A stretch of DNA of 64,000 bases, taken from NCBI GenBank assembly GCA_021108395.1, contig JAIOQZ010000032.1:4575-68574 (forward strand). The letters run 5' to 3'. The notes under the pieces are model-generated. The model searched no databases. It worked only from the letters and a program-made list of their open reading frames with translations, and had not been told where the DNA came from. Shown here one piece after another: positions 49,538-59,635 of the stretch. This stretch comes from Candidatus Cloacimonadota bacterium. GTDB taxonomy: Bacteria > Cloacimonadota > Cloacimonadia > Cloacimonadales > JAIOQZ01. A program made the position numbers and the translations under genes. Position 1 is the first letter of the stretch, and every line of letters starts with the position of its first letter.

Positions 49538-50572
49538 ATGGACAACCTGCGTTGGATACGATTTGCGGTCATCGTCATCGCCCTGGCGATTGTCGTTGTC
49601 ATTCTCAAGGAGCTCAAGGCCGTATTTGTCCCGCTCACTTTCGCTTTATTGCTCACGTTCATTTTCATGCCATTGCAGCGTTTTCTGAGGCGACGCGGTG
49701 TTCCCGGAGCGGTTGTCGTCATCATCATGGTCGTCATTATCTTTTTCACGTTCACGATTGCCGGAACGCTCGTATATACCGGCGTTGCATCGTTCATCGA
49801 CGCTATGCCGCGTTTTATGAACAACGTCGTTCAGCTCGCCGAGGATATTGCCCTGCGCTTCGAGATTCCAATCGAAGATGTGCAGAAGACCATCCGGGAG
49901 ATCGACTGGACAGACATGTTCGACCGGTTCCGTCTGCAAGACCGTGTTCAGGGGACGCTGGGCACCTTTGCCGACTTCCTGCTCAAGCTGGGGACGACCA
50001 TCGTCTTCATGGTTTTCATCGTCGCCGGCCGTGAGCGTTTGCTCGTCAGAATTTATAAAACGATGACCAACAAGGAGCAGGAGCACTCCCAGAACATCTT
50101 CATCCAGATAGAGGAGCAGATCATCAAATACCTGTTCACCAAGAGTCTCGTCAGTCTGGCGACGGCGTTGGTGGGCATGTTTTTTGTCTGGCTGTTCGGT
50201 GTCGAGTTCGTCATTGTCAGCGGGTTGCTGTTGTTCATCCTCAACTTCATACCCAACATCGGCTCAATCATAGCTTCGGCGTTTCCCATCATCGTCTGCT
50301 TCTTTCAATACGGCCTTAGCTGGCGTCTCGTGGGCCTGGCGGTTACACTTATTCTCACACAGGCGGCTTTTGGCACCCTGATCGAGCCACGGCTCGTTGG
50401 TTCCAAGCTCAATCTCGCCCCGATTGTCATCCTCATCTCGCTCATCTTCTGGGCGTGGGTATGGGGCCCTGTGGGGATGGTGCTGGCAGTTCCCTTTGCC
50501 GCTGTACTGGCTATCTTTGCCAGGGAGTTTGAAAGCCTCAAGCTGCTGTCGGCTCTCTTGAGCGACGACTGA
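49538..50572 (+). CDS. AI-2E (PerM/TqsA) family transporter
   Basis: Multiple TMs; LNFIPNIGS, IEPRLVG, WAWVWGPVGMVLAVP. Confidence 0.92.
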   Translation: MDNLRWIRFAVIVIALAIVVVILKELKAVFVPLTFALLLTFIFMPLQRFLRRRGVPGAVVVIIMVVIIFFTFTIAGTLVYTGVASFIDAMPRFMNNVVQLAEDIALRFEIPIEDVQKTIREIDWTDMFDRFRLQDRVQGTLGTFADFLLKLGTTIVFMVFIVAGRERLLVRIYKTMTNKEQEHSQNIFIQIEEQIIKYLFTKSLVSLATALVGMFFVWLFGVEFVIVSGLLLFILNFIPNIGSIIASAFPIIVCFFQYGLSWRLVGLAVTLILTQAAFGTLIEPRLVGSKLNLAPIVILISLIFWAWVWGPVGMVLAVPFAAVLAIFAREFESLKLLSALLSDD

Positions 50573-50574
50573 GC

Positions 50575-51936
50575 ATGCCGCTCACCATTGTTTCCGTTGA
50601 CAAGGGCAGCCCTGCCGACCGAGCGGACGTGCGCTCGGGTGACAGCCTGTTTCGCATCAACGGCCAACCCGTTGACGACTTCCTCGATTTGCAGTTTCAC
50701 GGCGCCAGCGAGCATCTCGTGTTCGATGTGCTGCGGCCTGACGGTGAACGCTGCGAGCTTCGAGCGCAGCACAACTGGAGTCGGCCCCTGGGCATCGAGC
50801 CGGAGCTGCATCGCTGCCGCGTTTGCGTGAACGACTGCGTCTTCTGCTTCGTTGACCAGATGCGCCCCGGTTCTCGCCCCAGTCTGAATCTCAAGGATGA
50901 CGACCCCGCCTTCTCGTTTAGTTTCGGCAATTTCATCACGCTAACCAACTTGGGTCGAGGTGACTGGCGACGCATTGTCTCGCAGCGTCGCTCACCGCTC
51001 TATGTCTCCGTACACACCACCGACCCTGCGTTGCATCGACGGATGCTGCGCTATCCTCACGCTTTCAACATCATTGAGGCGTTGCGCCGACTGGATGGTG
51101 AAGGCATCGAACTGCACACGCAAATCGTCATCGTGCCAGGCATGAACGACGGCCTCGCACTCGACCGCACATTGTCAGACCTGCTGTCGTTGCGTAGCGT
51201 GCTCACTGTCGGTATCGTGCCTGTGGGGCTAACACGGTACCGCCAGGGCCTTACCCCAATGCAACAGGTGGATTCCGCCGATGCCCGCGAGCTACTGCGC
51301 CAGGCCGAGGCTGCCAATGTCGGTCAGCCGACCGTGCGCGTGCTTTGCTCTGACGAGATATATCTGCTGGCTGGGGCAAGCTTCCCGTCGGCCGAGCACT
51401 ACGACGACTATGCGCAGATCGAGAACGGCATCGGCATGGTGCGCATGATGAGAGAGAACTGGCTGGATCGCGGTGAGGAACTCATCGGTGAGCTGGGAAA
51501 GCAGAGCAGCCGCCTGGTGCGGAAGATAATGAAGAAACACATGGAGAAGTACGGCGGGGAAAATGACATTGTCGTGGAGATGAAGGAGATTGGCAGATTC
51601 GTCATCGTCACCGGCACACTGGCCGCTCCTGAGATGCAGAAAATAGCTGCTGCCATCAATGACTCCATGGGCCAGTACCAAGTTCGTGTGCAGGCCGTGT
51701 TTAACAACTATTTCGGCTCAACGGTTACCGTTGCCGGGCTTCTCACCGCCAGTGACATCCGGCGGCAAGTTAAGCTTGACTTCGGCGAGACCGCCATCCT
51801 GCCCAGCTCGGTGTTCAATCATGACGGCTATACTCTCGACGACGTGCATCGTGATGACCTGTATCGCAAAATGCCGTTCATCGTGGTTGACGAGTTGCTG
51901 CACGGATGGGAGAGCATTGATACGGCTTTAAGATAG
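50575..51936 (+). CDS. PDZ + radical-SAM-like DUF512 protein
   Basis: N-terminal PDZ (GSPADRADVRSGD), CVNDCVFCFVDQ, GNFITLTN, QIENGIG, VTVAGLLT. Confidence 0.9.
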   Translation: MPLTIVSVDKGSPADRADVRSGDSLFRINGQPVDDFLDLQFHGASEHLVFDVLRPDGERCELRAQHNWSRPLGIEPELHRCRVCVNDCVFCFVDQMRPGSRPSLNLKDDDPAFSFSFGNFITLTNLGRGDWRRIVSQRRSPLYVSVHTTDPALHRRMLRYPHAFNIIEALRRLDGEGIELHTQIVIVPGMNDGLALDRTLSDLLSLRSVLTVGIVPVGLTRYRQGLTPMQQVDSADARELLRQAEAANVGQPTVRVLCSDEIYLLAGASFPSAEHYDDYAQIENGIGMVRMMRENWLDRGEELIGELGKQSSRLVRKIMKKHMEKYGGENDIVVEMKEIGRFVIVTGTLAAPEMQKIAAAINDSMGQYQVRVQAVFNNYFGSTVTVAGLLTASDIRRQVKLDFGETAILPSSVFNHDGYTLDDVHRDDLYRKMPFIVVDELLHGWESIDTALR

Positions 51937-51950
51937 GGGTGCCGCCCCTG
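51935..51950. repeat. Solo terminal hairpin of the repeat family between convergent genes
   Basis: AGGGGTGCCGCCCCTG overlaps the DUF512 stop and abuts the leuS stop. Confidence 0.5.
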
Positions 51951-51952
51951 TC

Positions 51953-54430
51953 TTACTTCACGACGATGCTCACCAGCTTGCGTGGTATGACGATAACTTT
52001 GCGCACAGTTTTATCTTCGAGGAATCGCTGCACGTTTTCCTGCGTCAGGGCAGTCTCGCGCACCTGCTCCTCGGTTGCGTCGGCGGGCACTTCGATTTTG
52101 CCGCGCAGCTTGCCGTTTATCTGCACCGGATAGGTGATTTCGTCTTTTACCAGGCAGGCCGCGTCGTATTCGGGCACGCCTGCTTCGTGGACCAGCCCGC
52201 CGTCGGCGACCTGCTGCCAAAGCTCTTCGCAGATATGCGGCGCGAATGGGTACAGCAGCCGCGGAATGACCGCACACGCCTCTGCGAACACAATCTGCTC
52301 CGCTTCGGGCAGGCTGCCTGGTTGCTTGATGGCCGTCACGTTGTTGAGATGCTCCATCACTGCGGCGATGGCGGTGTTATATTGCATCCGCTGCTCGATG
52401 TCCTCGCGCACTCGCTTGATAGTATTGTGCGTGCTATAGCGCAGTTGCTTCATCGTTGGACTGAGCGCTGCGTCGCCGATTGCTTCGCGGTGTTTGCGGA
52501 TGATGTCGCCGTGCGCCTCGAACACGCGCCAGACGCGGTTGAGGAACCGGAACGCGCCCACCACGCCTTCGTCGTTCCACTCGACGTCTTTTTCCGGCGG
52601 CGAGGCGAACAGCACAAACAAGCGTATGGTATCGGAGCCGAAACGCTGGATGAAGTCGAGCGGATCGACCACGTTGCCCTTCGATTTGCTCATTTTTGCC
52701 CCGTCTTTGACCACCATGCCCTGCGTGAGCAGCCGTGCAAACGGCTCGTTGCCGCTCACCATGCCGATGTCGCGCATGAACTTATGGAAGAACCGCGCAT
52801 AGAGCAGATGCCCGGTGGCGTGCTCGATGCCGCCGATATATTGATCGACAGGCAACCAGTAGTCGGCGCGCTCGCGGGCAAAGGGCGTTTTGTCGTTGTG
52901 GGCGTCGGCGTAGCGCGCGAAGTACCATGAGCTATCGACGAAGGTGTCCATCGTGTCGGTTTCGCGCCGGGCCGGGCCGCCGCACTGCGGACAGGACGTG
53001 TTCACCCATTCCTCGACCGATAACAGCGGGTTCTGGGTGGTTTTGCCCACCTGAACGTTATCGGGAAGCAGCACCGGCAGGTCTTCATCGGGCACGAGCA
53101 CAGCGCCGCACTTGTCGCAATAGATGACCGGGATGGGATTGCCCCAGTAACGCTGGCGGCTGACGTTCCAGTCGCGCAGACGGTAAGTTGTTGTGCGCCC
53201 GCCCATTTCGTTCTGCTCGATGTGCTTCGAGATGGCGTCTATGGCGTCGATGCTGCTCATGCCGTCGAACGGGGCGCTGTCGTTCATCACGCCCGGCTCG
53301 GTGTAGGCTGCTTCCATCTCGTTCAGCGACAGGCTGCTCTCATCGTTCTGGATGACGATGCGCATGGGGATGTCATACTTGCGGGCGAACTCGAAGTCGC
53401 GCTGGTCGTGCGCGGGCACGGCCATAACAGCGCCGGTGCCGTAGTTCATCAGCACATAGTTTGTCACCCATATCTGCACCGGCTTGCCGTTGAGTGGATT
53501 GACGCACACATGGCCGGTGTCGAAGCCTTCCTTTTCGGTGTCGTCGGCGGCGCGAGAAAATTTGTCCTCGGCCATCACCTTGTCGCAGAACCTGGCCAGG
53601 GGGCTGTCGGCGGGTTCCATGGCCAGCCAGCGGCGCACCAGTGGGTGCTCTGGCGGCAGTGCCATGTAGGTAACGCCATAGATGGTGTCTGGGCGGGTGG
53701 TGAACACCGGGATCTCGCCGTCCTCGCCTTGCAGGGGGAAGACAATCTGCGTGCCGACGCTCTTGCCGATCCAGTTGGTTTGCATCGTGATGACGCGCTC
53801 CGGCCACTTGATGACACCCGAGAAATCGAGCAGTTCGTCGGCGTAGCGTGTGATGCGAAAAAACCACTGGTCGAGTTCTTTCTGCTCGACGGTGGTGTCG
53901 CAGCGCCAGCAGCGTCCGTCGCTCACCTGCTCGTTGGCCAGCACGGTTTTGCAGCCCTCGCACCAGTTAACGAACGATTTCTTGCGATAAACCAGATCGT
54001 TTTCGTACAGCCGCTTGAAGAACCACTGCCCCCAGCGGTAGTAGTCGGGACGGCAGGTGCTCAGCTCGCGGTCCCAGTCGAGGCCGAAGCCCATCAGGTT
54101 GAACTGGTGGCGCATTATGGAGATATTGTCCTCGGTGGTGATGCGTGGGTGCGAGTTATGCTGTATCGCAAAATTTTCGGCGGGCAGGCCAAAGGCGTCG
54201 TAGCCCATGGGCTGTAACACGTTGTAGCCCTGCATCAGTTTGTAGCGGGTCACAGCGTCACCGATCGAGTAGTTGGACACATGGCCCATGTGCAGCGCCC
54301 CAGAGGGATAGGGGAACATCGACAGCACATAGTATTTGGGTCGGTCGAGGTTGTCTTTGCCATTGAAGACTCGGCGTTCTGCCCAGATTTTCTGCCATTT
54401 TTTCTCTATTGTCTCAAACGGATATTCCAT
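51953..54430 (-). CDS. leuS: Leucine--tRNA ligase
   Basis: MFPYPSGALHMGH, FTTRPDT, GTGAVMAVPAHDQRD, KMSKS; GGAGG RBS before ATG 54430. Confidence 0.97.
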   Translation of the reverse strand: MEYPFETIEKKWQKIWAERRVFNGKDNLDRPKYYVLSMFPYPSGALHMGHVSNYSIGDAVTRYKLMQGYNVLQPMGYDAFGLPAENFAIQHNSHPRITTEDNISIMRHQFNLMGFGLDWDRELSTCRPDYYRWGQWFFKRLYENDLVYRKKSFVNWCEGCKTVLANEQVSDGRCWRCDTTVEQKELDQWFFRITRYADELLDFSGVIKWPERVITMQTNWIGKSVGTQIVFPLQGEDGEIPVFTTRPDTIYGVTYMALPPEHPLVRRWLAMEPADSPLARFCDKVMAEDKFSRAADDTEKEGFDTGHVCVNPLNGKPVQIWVTNYVLMNYGTGAVMAVPAHDQRDFEFARKYDIPMRIVIQNDESSLSLNEMEAAYTEPGVMNDSAPFDGMSSIDAIDAISKHIEQNEMGGRTTTYRLRDWNVSRQRYWGNPIPVIYCDKCGAVLVPDEDLPVLLPDNVQVGKTTQNPLLSVEEWVNTSCPQCGGPARRETDTMDTFVDSSWYFARYADAHNDKTPFARERADYWLPVDQYIGGIEHATGHLLYARFFHKFMRDIGMVSGNEPFARLLTQGMVVKDGAKMSKSKGNVVDPLDFIQRFGSDTIRLFVLFASPPEKDVEWNDEGVVGAFRFLNRVWRVFEAHGDIIRKHREAIGDAALSPTMKQLRYSTHNTIKRVREDIEQRMQYNTAIAAVMEHLNNVTAIKQPGSLPEAEQIVFAEACAVIPRLLYPFAPHICEELWQQVADGGLVHEAGVPEYDAACLVKDEITYPVQINGKLRGKIEVPADATEEQVRETALTQENVQRFLEDKTVRKVIVIPRKLVSIVVK

Positions 54431-54512
54431 TGTTCCTCCGTTGCGTATGTGTCGAGTATTCAGGATATTAGAGGGAAGCGGGCGTGGCGGTGGTTGAGTT
54501 GTTGGTTCCCCC

Positions 54513-54593
54513 TCAGGGGAGCAGCGGCGACGAAAAGAAGCGGGCGTGAAAGTGGCGATATCCACCTGGCGCGTGGGGCGCGAAGTTCATCAT
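54513..54593 (-). CDS. Putative 26-aa leader peptide upstream of leuS (MMNFAPHAPGGYRHFHARFFSSPLLP)
   Basis: TAAGGAGG Shine-Dalgarno 5 nt before the ATG; stop lies 82 nt before the leuS start. Confidence 0.5.
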   Translation of the reverse strand: MMNFAPHAPGGYRHFHARFFSSPLLP

Positions 54594-54660
54594 AGCCGCC
54601 TCCTTATACAGTCATTTGTGTCACGATGGGAGGGCTGGCTGTGTGGGTCAACTCATTTTT

Positions 54661-55593
54661 TTAGACCGAGAGGCTCTGTAGGAAACGGTTGTACAGCGAT
54701 GGCATGTGATAGCCACGGTCGGTTTCTTCGCGCAGAATCTGCAGCGCTTTGCCGGGTGGCGCGGCGCGGCGATAGGGACGGTCTTCGTTGGTCAGCGCCT
54801 CGTAGGCGTCGATGATGCCGACAATCTGGCCGACAAGGCTGATGTCTGTTTTGCCGAAGGGGTAGCCGGTACCGTTGATTCTCTCGTGATGTTCGATAGC
54901 GGCGGCCCGCACCTTTGGCAGCGTCATTTTTGCCCTGTCAAGAACGTCCAGCGCCATAATCGGATGTTGCCTCATAATGCGGAATTCATCGTCGGTGAGT
55001 GGCTTGGGAGATTTGAGCAGAGATTCGGGGATTTGTATCTTGCCGATGTCATGCAGCAGCGCCGCCAGCCCGAACTCGAGTGTGCGCCGCCAACCGTAGC
55101 CCACCTTGTGGGCGAATCCGAGCGTCAGCGTCATCACGTTGACCGAATGCAGCGCCGTTGTATAGTCGAGATGGTAGAGATTGGTTATCTGTTTGAGAAT
55201 GGCCGGATCGCGGGTGGAAGCGCGAGTGAGCAGGGCAACGGAACGGCGCGCCTGGCGCATGGTGCCGCTGCGGGGCTCGTTCAGGGTCTCGACCGCTATG
55301 CCGACCAGGCAGTTGTGCACTGTTTTCACATCACCGGCGCCCAGGCTTTCATCGAGTATCCGGTTGAAGCTGGTTTGAATTTCTACCGCGGCCGATTCGC
55401 GGTCTTCTGTGAGGATGAAGAGGCGGGGTATTCGCTCTGTATCCAGCCGATGCTGGCTGATGATCTCGCCGGGTTTTTTGTAGAGCACCCATTCGCCTTC
55501 GTCGCTTCTGTAATAAAGCGCAGTTTCCTTATATAAAGGAATCTGAGTAGTGCGCACAGCGACATGGGTTACATGGGTTTTCAATTCAACCAT
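54661..55593 (-). CDS. HD-GYP domain phosphodiesterase
   Basis: YTTALHSVNV, LLHDIGK, HHERINGTGYP, DRPYR. Confidence 0.9.
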   Translation of the reverse strand: MVELKTHVTHVAVRTTQIPLYKETALYYRSDEGEWVLYKKPGEIISQHRLDTERIPRLFILTEDRESAAVEIQTSFNRILDESLGAGDVKTVHNCLVGIAVETLNEPRSGTMRQARRSVALLTRASTRDPAILKQITNLYHLDYTTALHSVNVMTLTLGFAHKVGYGWRRTLEFGLAALLHDIGKIQIPESLLKSPKPLTDDEFRIMRQHPIMALDVLDRAKMTLPKVRAAAIEHHERINGTGYPFGKTDISLVGQIVGIIDAYEALTNEDRPYRRAAPPGKALQILREETDRGYHMPSLYNRFLQSLSV

Positions 55594-55919
55594 CTCTACT
55601 CTCTTTGGGGCTTGGGGTTGCGTCAGCTATCTGTAGCCAGTCACAGACAGCAGTTAGTTTACATTTACCAAGTATGCAACTGAAATATCTCAAGGCAAGA
55701 AAAAAACACCGAAGCATCCTGTGGCGCTTTGCCTTGCTGGTGCGAACCTGAATATTCGCTTGCGGTTACACCGCAGGAAGATTTGCCGCTCGGCGCTGCC
55801 TCCTTCCTGCATGTGTTTCTCATTGCGGCTGCTTCTGTCTTTTGGCCATCAGTGACCGATGCGCCGAAAACCGTTGACAGGGGCAAGGCTCTACACATCC
55901 TTGCTCGCGGGAGAATGCT

Positions 55920-58900
55920 ATGCTCAATAAACTGGTTCAGAAGCTGTTCGGTGACCAGCACGGTCGCCAGCTGAAAAAGCTGGAACCGTTCGTCGATGAA
56001 ATCAAGCAGTGTGAAAAAACCATCGCTACGCTGTCCGACGACGACTTGCGTGACCGCGTGAAGGCTATTCGCGCCGAGATACACGACAGCCTCGATTCGC
56101 TATATACCGAGCTCGAGGTCATCGAGCGGGAGTATCACGCCGAAGCTGACGAAAACCGCAAAGAGCGCATCGGCGACCGCATAGACACCCACAAAGAGGA
56201 GGTCAAGACGCACACGCAGGCCACCCTCGACGAACATCTCCCCGAAGTCTTCGCAATTGTGCGCGAGACTTGCCGCCGTCTGGTGGGCGCCAGCTTCGAG
56301 GTGCGCGGCACTGCCGAGACCTGGCACATGGTGCCGTTCGACGTGCAGCTCATCGGTGGCGTCGCCCTGCATCAGGGCGCCATCGCCGAGATGGCCACCG
56401 GCGAAGGCAAAACGCTGGCCGCCACCCTGCCGCTGTTTCTCAACGCCCTGCTGGGGCGTGGCTGTCACCTCATCACGGTCAACGACTATCTCGCCAGCCG
56501 TGACAGCGAATGGATGAGCCCCATCTTCGCCTTTCACGGCATGACGGTTGGCTGCATCACCACCGGCATGCCCCCCGAAGAACGCCACGCCGCCTATCGT
56601 TGCGACGTCACCTATGGCATCAACAGCGAGTTCGGGTTTGACTACCTGCGCGACAACATGGCGGTCTCGGCGCAGCAGATTGTGCAGCATGATCACTGTT
56701 TCGCCATCGTTGACGAGGTGGACAGCGTGCTTATCGACGAGGCGCGCACGCCGCTCATCATCAGCGGCCCCGTGCCCGAGAGCAAGAACTTCTACCGCGA
56801 GATAAAACCGCAGGTGAAAAAACTGGTGAACGCGCAGAGCGTCATGCTCAACCGCGTCGTTTCCGAAGCGCGCAGGCTCTACGAATCCGACGAGGCCGAC
56901 GCTGACGAACTGGGACGCAAGCTGCTCACCATCAAGCGCGGCGCACCCCACAACAAGCAGTTCATGAAGCTGATGAAGGAAGCCGAGCTCAAGAAGCTGG
57001 TGAGCGACTATGAAGGCGCTCTCATCCGCGACAAGAAGCTCCACCTGCTCGACGAAGAGCTGTTCTACTCGATTGACGAGCACGCCCGCAGCGCCGACCT
57101 GAACGAGAAAGGCTGCGACATGCTCTCGAAGTACGACACCGATCTGTTCATCGTGGATACCCTGGATGAACTGTTGCAGCGTGTGGACGACGCGGGGCAT
57201 ACTCACGAGGAAGCCACGAAACTGAAAGAGCGCGAGACACAGCGCTTCATGGACAAGAGTGAGCGGCTGCACAACATCAGCCAGTTGCTCAAGAGCTACG
57301 CCCTGTTCGAGTCCGAGGTGGATTACATCGTGCAGGACAACAAGGTCATCATCGTCGATGGGTTCACGGGCAGGCCAATGCCCGGGCGGCGCTTCAGCGA
57401 CGGGCTGCACCAAGCTCTCGAAGCCAAAGAGGGCGTGACCATCGAGCAGGCCAACCAGACGCTGGCCACCATCACCTTGCAGAACTTTTTTCGCATGTAC
57501 GACAAGCTGGCCGGCATGACCGGCACCGCCGTGACCGAAGAGGGCGAGTTCGCCGAAATATACAAGTTGCCGGTGATGGTTATTCCCACCAACGCACCCA
57601 TCACTCGCATCGACTATGACGACATGATCTATCTCACCAAGCTCGAGAAATACCGCGCCATCATCGACGAGATTGCCTGGTGGCATGAGCTTGGCAAGCC
57701 GGTGCTGGTGGGCACGGTGTCGGTCGAGGTGTCGGAGACGCTGGCGCGTCTGTTGCGGCGTCGCGGCATTCCGCACAATGTGTTGAACGCCAAATACCAC
57801 GAGCAGGAAGCCGAGATAATCAAGAACGCCGGCGCACCGGGGGCGGTCACCATCGCCACCAACATGGCCGGCCGCGGCACCGACATCAAGCTGGGCAGGG
57901 GCGTTGTCGCCGCCGAACAGGAGACATACCGCGCCATGAGCAAATCGATAAACGAGGAGACCCCGCACGGCATCCCGCTGGACGGGCTTCACGTCATTGG
58001 CACCGAGCGCCACGAAAGTCGCCGCATCGACCGTCAGTTGCGCGGGCGCAGCGGACGCCAGGGCGACCCCGGCACCAGCCGCTTCTACCTCAGCCTCGAA
58101 GACAACCTCATGCGGCTGTTCGGCTCCGACCGCATTGCCGGCATGATGAAGAAGCTGGGCGTAAAAGAGAACGACGCCATCACCCATCCCTGGATGACCG
58201 GCGCTGTGGAAAAGGCGCAGAAGCGCGTTGAAGGCCACAACTTCGAGATTCGCAAGCGCCTGCTGCAATATGACGAAGTAATGAACCAGCAGCGTGAGGT
58301 GATATACAAGTTCCGTCGCAACGTGCTCAAGGGATACGACCTGCGCATCGAGATCCTCGACATGGTGAAGGACACGATTGCCAACGTCGTCGCGGACAAC
58401 ATCGGCGACAGCGACTTCGAGGAAGAATTCCAGGTAGAGCGCGTGTTGCAGTGGTTCCGGCACAACCTCAGCGTCAATATCCCCGAAAGCGCGATTCAGG
58501 GCGAGGGCCTTAACGTCGCCGACATCACCGACCAGATCGAGGCGCTGCTGCTGAAGGCTTACGAGCGCAAGGAAGAGGCTGTGGGCGAGGAGACCATGCG
58601 CGAGATCGAGCGGCGGGCGTTGCTTACCGTGGTCGATGAAAACTGGCGCGACCACCTGCACGAACTCGACCTGCTCAAAGAGGCCATCGGACTGCGCGCC
58701 TATGCGAACAAAGACCCGCTCATCGAGTTCAAGCGCGAGAGCTTCGAGCTGTTCCAGCGGCTCATCGCCGCCATCTACGAGCAGGTGACGAAAAAGGTTT
58801 ACACCACCTATATCATCAGTCGCGACATGACCCGCGAGCAGGTGGAGCAGATGCTGCGCAACTCCAGCCTGCGCCACGAGGACATCTCCGCCTTCACCGG

Positions 58901-59072
58901 CGACGCCCCGCAACCGGCTTCGGGCGAGGCCATGCAGCAACCCCGGCATCCGGCGCCGGCGCCAAAGAAGCTGCGTCCGCGTCACGTCGATGAGAAGGTG
59001 GGGCGCAACGACCCCTGTCCCTGTGGAAGTGGCAGGAAGTATAAAAGATGTTGCGGAAAAATCAGCGATTGA
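55920..59072 (+). CDS. secA: Preprotein translocase subunit SecA
   Basis: EMATGEGKT, AIVDEVD, ATNMAGRGTDI, QLRGRSGRQGDPG, C-terminal SEC-C GRNDPCPCGSGRKYKRCC. Confidence 0.98.
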   Translation: MLNKLVQKLFGDQHGRQLKKLEPFVDEIKQCEKTIATLSDDDLRDRVKAIRAEIHDSLDSLYTELEVIEREYHAEADENRKERIGDRIDTHKEEVKTHTQATLDEHLPEVFAIVRETCRRLVGASFEVRGTAETWHMVPFDVQLIGGVALHQGAIAEMATGEGKTLAATLPLFLNALLGRGCHLITVNDYLASRDSEWMSPIFAFHGMTVGCITTGMPPEERHAAYRCDVTYGINSEFGFDYLRDNMAVSAQQIVQHDHCFAIVDEVDSVLIDEARTPLIISGPVPESKNFYREIKPQVKKLVNAQSVMLNRVVSEARRLYESDEADADELGRKLLTIKRGAPHNKQFMKLMKEAELKKLVSDYEGALIRDKKLHLLDEELFYSIDEHARSADLNEKGCDMLSKYDTDLFIVDTLDELLQRVDDAGHTHEEATKLKERETQRFMDKSERLHNISQLLKSYALFESEVDYIVQDNKVIIVDGFTGRPMPGRRFSDGLHQALEAKEGVTIEQANQTLATITLQNFFRMYDKLAGMTGTAVTEEGEFAEIYKLPVMVIPTNAPITRIDYDDMIYLTKLEKYRAIIDEIAWWHELGKPVLVGTVSVEVSETLARLLRRRGIPHNVLNAKYHEQEAEIIKNAGAPGAVTIATNMAGRGTDIKLGRGVVAAEQETYRAMSKSINEETPHGIPLDGLHVIGTERHESRRIDRQLRGRSGRQGDPGTSRFYLSLEDNLMRLFGSDRIAGMMKKLGVKENDAITHPWMTGAVEKAQKRVEGHNFEIRKRLLQYDEVMNQQREVIYKFRRNVLKGYDLRIEILDMVKDTIANVVADNIGDSDFEEEFQVERVLQWFRHNLSVNIPESAIQGEGLNVADITDQIEALLLKAYERKEEAVGEETMREIERRALLTVVDENWRDHLHELDLLKEAIGLRAYANKDPLIEFKRESFELFQRLIAAIYEQVTKKVYTTYIISRDMTREQVEQMLRNSSLRHEDISAFTGDAPQPASGEAMQQPRHPAPAPKKLRPRHVDEKVGRNDPCPCGSGRKYKRCCGKISD

Positions 59073-59124
59073 TAATTTGTCAAGACGGGCTGTCTGGAAT
59101 TATCCGTGAGCGCCCGGGAGAATC

Positions 59125-59553
59125 ATGAAACACGCAAAAGAATGGCAGGAACTGTTCCGCACTATGCTGGCCGAAAAGCTGGCGAATGCCGAGACGAGCG
59201 ACAGCGAGGAAGACCTCGAAGAGCTCGTCGAGCAGATGCTGTCGGAAACAAACGTCGAGGCATACTACAGCCGCCTGCTGGGCGCCGAAGAGCGACGAGC
59301 CATATCCAACGACGCCTTTGGCTATCTGCTGCAACTCTATGCCCTGGACACTATCGACAGTATTGCCTTTGAAAAGATAATGACCCTGTGCATGCACCTG
59401 GTGGTTTTTATGCAGCAGCGCATCGATCTTCCGATGATCGAGCAGCTGGTGAACCTGGTGCTGTTTTCGGCGGGGGACGCGGTATCCATCAAGGAGATAG
59501 TCGAAATCTTTCTCAAGGGCGAGATGCCGCAGACGACAGCTGTTATTCATTAG
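59125..59553 (+). CDS. Smg/DUF494-like protein
   Basis: RLLGAEERRAISNDAFGYLLQL...IDL..IEQLVNLVLF resembles the Smg C-terminal half; position upstream of topA is typical for smg. Confidence 0.65.
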   Translation: MKHAKEWQELFRTMLAEKLANAETSDSEEDLEELVEQMLSETNVEAYYSRLLGAEERRAISNDAFGYLLQLYALDTIDSIAFEKIMTLCMHLVVFMQQRIDLPMIEQLVNLVLFSAGDAVSIKEIVEIFLKGEMPQTTAVIH

Positions 59554-59635
59554 ACAGACCCGGCCATCAGCCGGGCCTGCGCTATATTCCATAATAAACA
59601 CGCCGGAAGGCAAAAACTGAATTGAAAGGCATTAC

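Noticed and set aside
54431-54660. T-box riboswitch or a 45-aa N-terminal extension of LeuS
   Set aside because: No T-box consensus or terminator; LeuS homology and a GGAGG RBS point to ATG 54430.
55594-55919. Possible riboswitch or sRNA between the HD-GYP gene and secA
   Set aside because: No recognisable aptamer consensus or convincing stems by eye; treated as divergent promoter DNA.
56100-58985. 961-aa antisense ORF, and similar long shadow ORFs (19887-21848, 33864-35903, 41192-42541, 13579-14922, 29060-30346)
   Set aside because: They lie opposite well-supported genes, have no recognisable motifs, and are expected from high-GC codon bias.
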